Shown here in pieces: positions 26,544-32,000 of a stretch of 32,000 bases of DNA. The stretch covers positions 1,440,001 through 1,472,000 of the forward strand of contig NZ_CP047960.1 in assembly GCF_014280195.1 (NCBI RefSeq), written 5' to 3'. A model generated the notes under the pieces. That model saw nothing but the letters and a program-made list of their open reading frames with translations, ran no database searches and was not told the origin of the DNA. Numbering within the stretch: position 1 is the stretch's first letter; every line of letters starts with the position of its first letter. The stretch comes from Synechococcus sp. A15-24. Lineage in GTDB: Bacteria > Cyanobacteriota > Cyanobacteriia > PCC-6307 > Cyanobiaceae. A program made the translations under genes and the position numbers.

Positions 26544-26571
26544 TTGAAATTTTTGAGGAAGCTAATACAAT
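26544..26571 (+). promoter_or_regulatory. sigma70-type promoter candidate for the 26618 operon
   Basis: TTGAAA (26544-26549), a 16-nt spacer, then TACAAT (26566-26571), about 45 nt upstream of the ATG at 26618. Confidence 0.45.
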
Positions 26572-26617
26572 AAAATAGTAATCAAGATTCGACTCTGGAG
26601 TCAAAGCTCTAAAAAAC

Positions 26618-27052
26618 ATGGCTCAACTCTATCTAGTCGCTTTCAAGGAAAACAACTACGGCCCTGAGCCTGAAGAGAATTACGCACTGCGAGAACTGCT
26701 TCAGCAACACTGCAGCTACTGCATCCCAGCCGGCAAGACTGAAGTTTGGGGTCCTTACACTCCTAAGCAAAGTCTGGCTGAAATCTGCTGGCTCACTCAA
26801 GAAATCGGTTTCACAAGCCTTGATTACTCGGAGCTGATCAATAATTTACGCGCGACATATATGAAAATCCATGGATATGAACCACCGGAGTGGAGTAAAT
26901 ATTTTGAGGATAACAAAGAAGAACGTCAAGCAAGACGTCGGCGAGAAGAAATATGGAGACGAGAAAAGGGTTGGCTGTTTCAACGGCTGATTGAGAGATG
27001 GACAGAGAAGCTTCGTAGAGAACGACCGCTGCCACCAGAGGAGGACCAATGA
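26618..27052 (+). CDS. hypothetical protein with an Arg/Glu-rich helical C-terminus
   Basis: A 144-aa ORF downstream of the candidate promoter. The C-terminus is EERQARRRREEIWRREKGW...KLRRERP. No motif recognised. Confidence 0.6.
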   Translation: MAQLYLVAFKENNYGPEPEENYALRELLQQHCSYCIPAGKTEVWGPYTPKQSLAEICWLTQEIGFTSLDYSELINNLRATYMKIHGYEPPEWSKYFEDNKEERQARRRREEIWRREKGWLFQRLIERWTEKLRRERPLPPEEDQ

Positions 27053-27141
27053 ACGGAAAACTCCTCGTCGGCGGTATCGCCACCTTCTTTCTTCTTTTCT
27101 TTGTCTATGAGTCCTGGTTGATAAGAGGTTTGCCACATTGA
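27049..27141 (+). CDS. 30-aa single-TM peptide, translationally coupled (ATGA overlap)
   Basis: The ATG at 27049 overlaps the TGA at 27050-27052. The peptide is MNGKLLVGGIATFFLLFFVYESWLIRGLPH. Confidence 0.4.
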   Translation: MNGKLLVGGIATFFLLFFVYESWLIRGLPH

Positions 27142-27250
27142 TTGGCTTCCTTATATCAATTTGTCTATGGACATCGCGTGAACAGCGCAGACGTGGCCGA
27201 CCGGCGCGGCAAGGGTATGAGTCGATGACCCTGTCAGAATAGTCAAAGCT

Positions 27251-27460
27251 ATGGGTAGCTCGATGAGCTGGTTACTGGTTGCCTTGAGTTCTGGGTCGGC
27301 AGGGGCAGCACTGTGGTGGGCGCTAAAAATGCGAGGTCGCCTTAATCAGATACAGCAAAAATATGCACCTGCATTACAAATCGATAAATATGTCAAGGAA
27401 CATGAAGAAATAGCTGACAACCTGAAGCGACGAGCCGAGCAACACAAAAAAGACAAATGA
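27251..27460 (+). CDS. 69-aa protein with an N-terminal TM helix and a charged helical tail
   Basis: MGSSMSWLLVALSSGSAGAALWWALKMRGR..., then a KEHEEIADNLKRRAEQHKKDK tail. Confidence 0.45.
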   Translation: MGSSMSWLLVALSSGSAGAALWWALKMRGRLNQIQQKYAPALQIDKYVKEHEEIADNLKRRAEQHKKDK

Positions 27461-27527
27461 GTGGCTTCAACGAGCCAAAAACTATTTTGGACTTCAGTAA
27501 TAGAAGGTAGCATTATAGAACCAATCC

Positions 27528-27809
27528 CTAACACTTTATTGCCTTGTTGAAACCAGCAATTGCTCCTTGATAATCACCTAAATTATCCTTGGCAATACCA
27601 CGACTATTGTAGGCAATTGCATCCTGAGGATTAATCTCTATTGCCTTACTCCAATCATCAATTGCTCCTCGATAATTGCCTGCCTCATATTTCTTTACTC
27701 CTTGATTGAAATACTGCCTTGGCAATGGGTTTGCATTGAAAGTAATAAACGGAGATTCAAGTGCAAGTACAGACAGTGCCGCAGCAATGGCAAAAGCTCG
27801 GCGTGACAT
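27528..27809 (-). CDS. small secreted TPR-repeat protein
   Basis: The N-terminus is signal-like (MSRRAFAIAAALSVLALE). It is followed by two TPR units (GNYRGAIDDWSKAIEINPQDAIAYNSRGIAKDNLGDYQGAIAGFNKAI). Confidence 0.7.
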   Translation of the reverse strand: MSRRAFAIAAALSVLALESPFITFNANPLPRQYFNQGVKKYEAGNYRGAIDDWSKAIEINPQDAIAYNSRGIAKDNLGDYQGAIAGFNKAIKC

Positions 27810-27869
27810 TGGCGTCGGTTGAACTACTGAGCTGATTCATAGTAAGCAGGTCACATAGTGAAGGCAAAC

Positions 27870-28694
27870 TTAGCCATTAAGTTGAGTGGACAACTTATTG
27901 GCTAGGTTGCGTCCCTGCTGTGTAAGTCGCAGGTAACGTAGCCGCTTGTTTGGTTCGTATACCTTCTTGGTGATCAGGTTCAGTCCTCGATCCGGATTGC
28001 TCCGGTGCTGACCAGTTAGCCACGTTGTGTTGCGCGACATGCTGGCAGCCGTAAGACCTAGCTCCTCTTGCATCTCAGCTGTAGTGCAACCGTCAGGACG
28101 ACTGGCTATGAATAGGAAGCAAGAGATGACCTGAGCTGGCATCTCGACGTCTAGAACCCGAAGCGTTTCGATCACATCCAGCAATCGGAGGATATCAGCA
28201 CGGACTGCGAACTTGAGATCTTCTCCAGCCGTCTCAGGATCAGTCAGGACGTTATTGGAATCCTCAGATTCAATCTCCTCCTCTAACTGTAAGTAAGAAC
28301 GATCAGCCATCCCTCGCAGCTGGTCTGGCGTAAAGACTGGTTCGTTCTGACCCGACTCAATGTTATGCAGATGCCAGGCAGCAAAGGCTTTGTACACATT
28401 AGTTTGCTGGTTGAGATATGGCTTGCTCTCTAAGCTAAAAATCTCCTTATGCTCAGCAGAGTTAATCTCCTTTGAATCAAGGTCGATTTGCTCAAACATT
28501 TCAATGATCTTGATGTCCCCTAGGTGGTCCCAGAACTCCTTGTATTTCTCCTCAGCGTCTAGCAATAGATCGTATATCCCTAACCTCTGAAGGTTGTCAC
28601 GTATTTCATTAAAAGCTTGCTGACTACTTGCATTTTTAATTGAAGCAAGATGCTCGAGAAGCTCTTGTACGGATACGTTTCTACCAGGTGTCAT
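27870..28694 (-). CDS. protein with a C-terminal MarR-like winged-helix DNA-binding domain and an unknown acidic N-terminal domain
   Basis: The C-terminal ~90 aa read VISCFLFIASRPDGCTTAEMQEELGLTAASMSRNTTWLTG...LITKKVYEPNKRLRYLRLTQQGRNLANKL. This fits a helix-turn-helix plus beta-wing pattern. Confidence 0.65.
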   Translation of the reverse strand: MTPGRNVSVQELLEHLASIKNASSQQAFNEIRDNLQRLGIYDLLLDAEEKYKEFWDHLGDIKIIEMFEQIDLDSKEINSAEHKEIFSLESKPYLNQQTNVYKAFAAWHLHNIESGQNEPVFTPDQLRGMADRSYLQLEEEIESEDSNNVLTDPETAGEDLKFAVRADILRLLDVIETLRVLDVEMPAQVISCFLFIASRPDGCTTAEMQEELGLTAASMSRNTTWLTGQHRSNPDRGLNLITKKVYEPNKRLRYLRLTQQGRNLANKLSTQLNG

Positions 28695-28717
28695 CGATTG
28701 GATGAATCGTTGAAATA

Positions 28718-28761
28718 GTTATAGCACCCGCAAAAGAGCACGTTAGTCATAGAAACTAACG
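28718..28761 (-). promoter_or_regulatory. candidate -10 box plus palindromic operator upstream of the wHTH gene
   Basis: On the minus strand, TATAAC lies at 28723-28718, about 28 nt before the ATG. A perfect 7-bp-arm palindrome, CGTTAGT-N7-ACTAACG (28741-28761), sits over the expected -35 position. Confidence 0.4.
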
Positions 28762-28825
28762 CGCAGTAGGTGAGCAAAAGCTTTTGGCTGATCAAAGTCG
28801 TGTGATTTGCTTTGCTTATTGACTA

Positions 28826-28852
28826 CAAGCGAGGCAGATCCCAGTCAAAGCA
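28826..28852. repeat. 27-nt direct repeat, copy 1
   Basis: caagcgaggcagatcccagtcaaagca compared with 29078-29104 caagcgaggcggacgccagtaaatgca (22 of 27 identical). Confidence 0.7.
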
Positions 28853-28868
28853 AGGGATCTAAGGTAGT

Positions 28869-28893
28869 CATGTTAGTTTCTGTAACTAGCGTG
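28869..28893. repeat. degenerate inverted copy of the 28739-28763 operator-like site
   Basis: catgttagtttctgtaactagcgtg matches the reverse complement of cacgttagtcatagaaactaacgcg at 20 of 25 positions. Confidence 0.55.
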
Positions 28894-29077
28894 CGCCCTT
28901 CAGATGCTCAAGCACATCAAGAAGACTTGGTAAAGCCAGCTCAGATTATTTTGGCTTGATCTCAGTAGCTTTTGTTTGATTGCTTGACCTGAATCGGTCA
29001 AGAGCTTCTTTCGGTGTTGGTTCTTGGTTCATTTTTATTTTGTGATCATAGAATGTGATACAATAAGGTTGTTATTT

Positions 29078-29104
29078 GCAAGCGAGGCGGACGCCAGTAA
29101 ATGC
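29078..29104. repeat. 27-nt direct repeat, copy 2
   Basis: See copy 1 at 28826-28852. Confidence 0.7.
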
Positions 29105-29157
29105 ATGTATCTTTGAAAAGGGCTATTAATTCAACTGCCAACTAATCGTTCAAGTCA

Positions 29158-29301
29158 ATGGACATTAAAGTCGAAACCCTTCAGGCTGAATGGCACCTCC
29201 AGTTGGTACTGAAGGATGACAAGACTGCAACTCCAGATCAGAACGCTGCTGCAGTTAAGAGCTGGCTTCGATTAGATCTACAGGAATTAATGCTGAGATA
29301 A
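29158..29301 (+). CDS. 47-aa ORF, possibly the displaced N-terminus of the next ORF
   Basis: ATG at 29158, MDIKVETLQAEWHLQLVLKDDKTATPDQNAAAVKSWLRLDLQELMLR. It overlaps the open upstream part (29259 onward) of the 29376 ORF, which is in the -1 frame. Confidence 0.3.
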   Translation: MDIKVETLQAEWHLQLVLKDDKTATPDQNAAAVKSWLRLDLQELMLR

Positions 29302-29375
29302 CAAACAGCCTAAAGACCAACGAAGTCTTATCTCAAGAGTTCGAGGATTTCGCTTACGGATACAGCGCCAGTGAT

Positions 29376-29717
29376 GTGGCAGCTACCACTGAACAAGAGT
29401 TTCTTGGTCGCATTGAGTGGGAGAAGGTACACGAGTGGCTTAATGGCGAGTGGCGTCTTACCTACGAAGCCAATCAGTGGATGCGCTTTGAGTTTCGGAA
29501 GTGGGCTAAGGCATTAATGCCTGATCCAAATGCGGTCAGCAAGTGGACTGAGATCCGAACCAACGTCGACCCCAAAGACATCACAAGATACCAGTTCGCT
29601 AGAGCAATGGAGCTTCTCCATCAAGGAAGTACCACTGGTAACGATCTGTTTAACCAATTCCGTAAAGGTCATGACGCTCAAGCCGTTATGACCGTTGTAA
29701 AGGAGTTCACATCGTGA
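29376..29717 (+). CDS. hypothetical Trp-rich protein (GTG start; frame open upstream to 29259 with no ATG)
   Basis: A 113-aa ORF, AATTEQEFLGRIEWEKVHEWLNGEWRLTYEANQWMRFEFRKWAK. No motif recognised. Confidence 0.5.
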   Translation: MAATTEQEFLGRIEWEKVHEWLNGEWRLTYEANQWMRFEFRKWAKALMPDPNAVSKWTEIRTNVDPKDITRYQFARAMELLHQGSTTGNDLFNQFRKGHDAQAVMTVVKEFTS

Positions 29718-29878
29718 TTGACCATTCCGACCGACATTGGAGGTTCATAAGGTCGTTCATATCTAGGACGTGGAGACACACCATTCCTGAAGTCCTCACA
29801 CCTTCCCAGTGAGTTGTCAGCCCACTTCTTGAACTCTTCTACTTCTCGTTTGTAGGAGTCAGACATTGGTTCATTCAT
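29678..29878 (-). CDS. 66-aa hypothetical protein
   Basis: The ATG at 29878 is preceded by AAGGA and by the shared TGTGATCA promoter-like motif. It has a 40-nt convergent overlap with the previous ORF. Confidence 0.35.
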   Translation of the reverse strand: MNEPMSDSYKREVEEFKKWADNSLGRCEDFRNGVSPRPRYERPYEPPMSVGMVNHDVNSFTTVITA

Positions 29879-30025
29879 TTCTTTGAATCCTTGGTATTTG
29901 TATTGATGTGATCATAGATAGAAGGTAGACCTGAAGGTTGTTTCTTTGGTTCTTTCAATCCCATTTGCTTGAGCCTGACTTTTTCACGTAGTTGATCTAA
30001 ATAATTTGACACTGATAGATTGGTT

Positions 30026-30283
30026 TTAATTGTTTATTGATGATTGTGGTTGAACACCTTTACGGTCCTCCTCATACTCATCGTGCCAAACCCAGGCCAT
30101 CATTCCCATGCGTCTAGCTTCCTCCATGCGATACCTACGGCCAGTTCGTAGCCATGGCATCGGTCCATAAACTCCAGGATTCTTATCAAGACCAAACTCC
30201 AGCCACCAACCTTGATTACTTGGAAGGTTCTGAGGTGGGCTACATACCTTGCAGGTGCGTTCCATGGCAGCCTTGGCTGTCAT
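30026..30283 (-). CDS. hypothetical protein, probably the C-terminal part of a disrupted Cys-rich zinc-ribbon protein
   Basis: The tracked ORF starts MTAKAAMERTCKVC. The same frame is open 29 codons further upstream (EIKFNNRVRTVIECQSCGATTYVNAGIDT), which supplies the first CxxC of a CxxC-N22-CxxC pair, but that stretch has no ATG/GTG/TTG. Confidence 0.45.
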   Translation of the reverse strand: MTAKAAMERTCKVCSPPQNLPSNQGWWLEFGLDKNPGVYGPMPWLRTGRRYRMEEARRMGMMAWVWHDEYEEDRKGVQPQSSINN

Positions 30284-30514
30284 GGTGTCTATTCCTGCGT
30301 TGACGTACGTTGTGGCTCCACAGGACTGGCACTCAATGACTGTCCTGACACGGTTATTGAATTTAATTTCTCAGACATCAAGACTACAATTGTTAATACC
30401 TTGCTGATCGAGTGCTTTATCGGTGCTACCTATGCATTCCCGATCACAAGGCAGCTTACTGCAGAGACAGCTGCTTCTTGATACTTGCTGTAACAAATGT
30501 CGTCCTATAGATGA

Positions 30515-31042
30515 TCACTCCGGGATCAATACAGTATCAATCACGTGGATTGTGCCATTCGTAGCTTTGATATCTGCCTTTGTGACTGTGGAGTGGTCAA
30601 TAAAAACCATTCCATCTTTTGTCTTGATTGTAATTGACTTACCATTGAGTGTTTCAGCACTAGACAACTTGACGACATCTGCAGCTTTTACATTTCCAGC
30701 AACAACGTGATACGTAAGGATATCAGTTAATTTCTCTTTGTTTGAAGGCTTTAACAACAATGCAACTGTCCCATCAGGAAGCTTTGCGAAGGCCTCATCT
30801 GTTGGTGCAAAAACGGTGAAAGGACCTTCACCCTTGAGTGCTCCTACTAATCCAGCCTCACCAAGCGCTGCCGCTAGGGTTTCAAAGCTGCCCGCAGTAA
30901 CAGCCGTGTCAACTATGTCCATGGAGGGCATGGTGTGATCCTTATCACCCATATGACCTCCTGCGAAAGCGCTCGTAGAGGTCAACAGGCTTAGGGACAA
31001 TGCGGCAGCCCCTAAACGAAGCGTGTGATGGAGAACTGACAT
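30515..31042 (-). CDS. secreted fasciclin (FAS1) domain protein
   Basis: The signal peptide is [30 protein letters not shown]1 motifs are [20 protein letters not shown] and [13 protein letters not shown]. Confidence 0.88.
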   Translation of the reverse strand: MSVLHHTLRLGAAALSLSLLTSTSAFAGGHMGDKDHTMPSMDIVDTAVTAGSFETLAAALGEAGLVGALKGEGPFTVFAPTDEAFAKLPDGTVALLLKPSNKEKLTDILTYHVVAGNVKAADVVKLSSAETLNGKSITIKTKDGMVFIDHSTVTKADIKATNGTIHVIDTVLIPE

Positions 31043-31170
31043 TTGCGTGAATCAAAGTCCATATATCTTAACAAGGCACCGGTCTCTTCGGTGAGACATC
31101 CTGGCTTGGCTCTGGTTTCAGTGAGCCATAGAAAGAGAAGGCGGGGCACGAAAAGATAAAACCTACAGAA

Positions 31171-31198
31171 TTGACAGGATGCAGTTGCTACCTGTCAA
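31171..31198 (-). terminator. hairpin, a possible intrinsic terminator of the 33-aa ORF or an operator upstream of the fasciclin gene
   Basis: TTGACAGG-N12-CCTGTCAA is a perfect 8-bp inverted repeat. On the minus strand it is followed by a T-rich stretch (ttctgtaggttttatctttt). Confidence 0.35.
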
Positions 31199-31246
31199 CC
31201 CTGCAGATCTGATCGAAGACTCTTGGCGTAATTTCTCTTGCGTGCT

Positions 31247-31348
31247 TCACTTTCTTAGTACCTTTGTCTGGTGTAGAAGGGGATGCTTATAACCTTGACT
31301 TCTGATGTAGTCAGCCAATTGTTCAAGCTCGTTTTTCTGATAAGTCAT
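31247..31348 (-). CDS. 33-aa micro-ORF
   Basis: The ATG at 31348 has a GGAG 9 nt upstream. The peptide is MTYQKNELEQLADYIRSQGYKHPLLHQTKVLRK. The TGTGATCA-type motif lies about 35 nt upstream. Confidence 0.3.
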   Translation of the reverse strand: MTYQKNELEQLADYIRSQGYKHPLLHQTKVLRK

Positions 31349-31457
31349 GTTTGACAACTCCTGTTCTCTGCTTTTCTGGATGTGATCACTATTGATTTGA
31401 TTGTACATTGATAAATGACTATTGTGATTTTGATTAATCAGATGTTAGATTAAAGAT

Positions 31458-31590
31458 TGGGTATTAGTTCACCTACATCACGAAGGACGTAGGAGACTAA
31501 TACCAATACGAACCATTGGAATTGAACCAATGCAAGGTCACCAGACGTTCGTTGAGCTAAACATACCCATCCATAAGGACGGCTTTTTTT
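31458..31590 (+). ncRNA. candidate structured small RNA (strand uncertain)
   Basis: There are nested perfect helices. GGTATTAGT/ACTAATACC (31460-68/31496-504) encloses CCTAC/GTAGG. ACGAAC/GTTCGT (31508-13/31547-52) encloses CATTGG/CCAATG. These are followed by a weak hairpin plus T7 (31567-31590). A possible TTGTGA-N17-TTAGAT promoter lies at 31422-31450. Confidence 0.3.
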
Positions 31591-31665
31591 ATGACATGTG
31601 ATTTAGATGAACCAGTGCACCCAATGGTTGCTAACGGCCAATCACCTCCGTTAGCTAAGACAACC

Positions 31666-31688
31666 AACAGGTAATGCTCCTGTTTTTT
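31666..31688 (+). terminator. rho-independent terminator candidate
   Basis: AACAGG-taatgct-CCTGTT followed by a T-run (31683-31688). Confidence 0.45.
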
Positions 31689-32000
31689 ATTCGCTTGAAG
31701 GTTGTTGTATCCATACAGTATGAATAGTAATATCAAGATGTCCCTTCAATGGACATAGTGATATTCAGATTCAAGCTTGGCAAAAAGATCAAGCAAACCT
31801 ATTTATTAAACATGTTGTTTATTTTGTCCATCGAGTAAACAAAGAGTTGATAAGTAGTAACACAAAGCGTTTCCAAAATCAACCAGGAGTTAGTACAAGT
31901 TAAATCAATGTGTCTTTTGGTTTACTTGTCTTTGGGCGGTACTTACAGAATGTCCGTCTCGCTGCGCTCGACCTGGACATTAATAAAGGGGATGGTTTGT

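Noticed and set aside
31738-31979. Two ATGTCC...GGACAT inverted repeats (31738-31756 with a 7-nt loop and 31949-31979 with a 19-nt spacer).
   Set aside because: The arms are only 6 bp, the spacings differ, and the DNA is AT-rich. This could easily be chance, and nothing else supports a function.
20600-32000. An alternative genetic code (TGA as sense) in the island, to explain ORFs without starts and the in-frame TGAs.
   Set aside because: The well-supported island genes (protease, K+ channel, fasciclin, TPR, wHTH) end at sensible positions with standard stops, several of them TGA. Gene decay explains the anomalies more simply.

Overview
The window has two parts. Bases 1 to about 20.1 kb are a high-GC (roughly 60% by eye) core chromosome segment that looks like a marine Synechococcus-type picocyanobacterium. 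It is densely packed with recognisable housekeeping genes: tRNA-Ser(CGA), comEC, glyQ, menG/ubiE, hisF, chlG, a class A PBP, rsmB, an alkyltransferase-like protein, trmH, an ABC permease, lepA, an SMR pump, mqo, nfu and a GGCT-family gene. From about 20.1-20.6 kb to the right edge, composition drops to roughly 40% GC. This is an accessory island of at least 11.5 kb, with no right boundary and no integrase in view. The island carries five notable things. (1) A ~4.6 kb cassette is bracketed by ~120 bp imperfect direct repeats. It encodes an atypical 959-aa S8 subtilase (duplicated N-terminal PPC-like domains, PAPAPEPT linker, RTX repeats, unknown C-terminal domain, no signal peptide). It also encodes a 488-codon Asp/Tyr-rich RTX protein whose first 260 codons contain no ATG/GTG/TTG. 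(2) A Kv-type K+ channel gene has a G10 tract at its 5' end. (3) A coupled trio of small or membrane ORFs. (4) A winged-helix regulator sits next to a repeat-rich intergenic region. (5) Several micro-ORFs share a promoter-like motif, one gene is broken by in-frame TGA codons, and there is a structured RNA-like element. I could not assign a named defence or mobile system. The most unusual candidates are the repeat-bracketed RTX protease/acidic-protein cassette and the wHTH-plus-repeats module. All functional calls rest on motif recognition by eye; no database search was possible.
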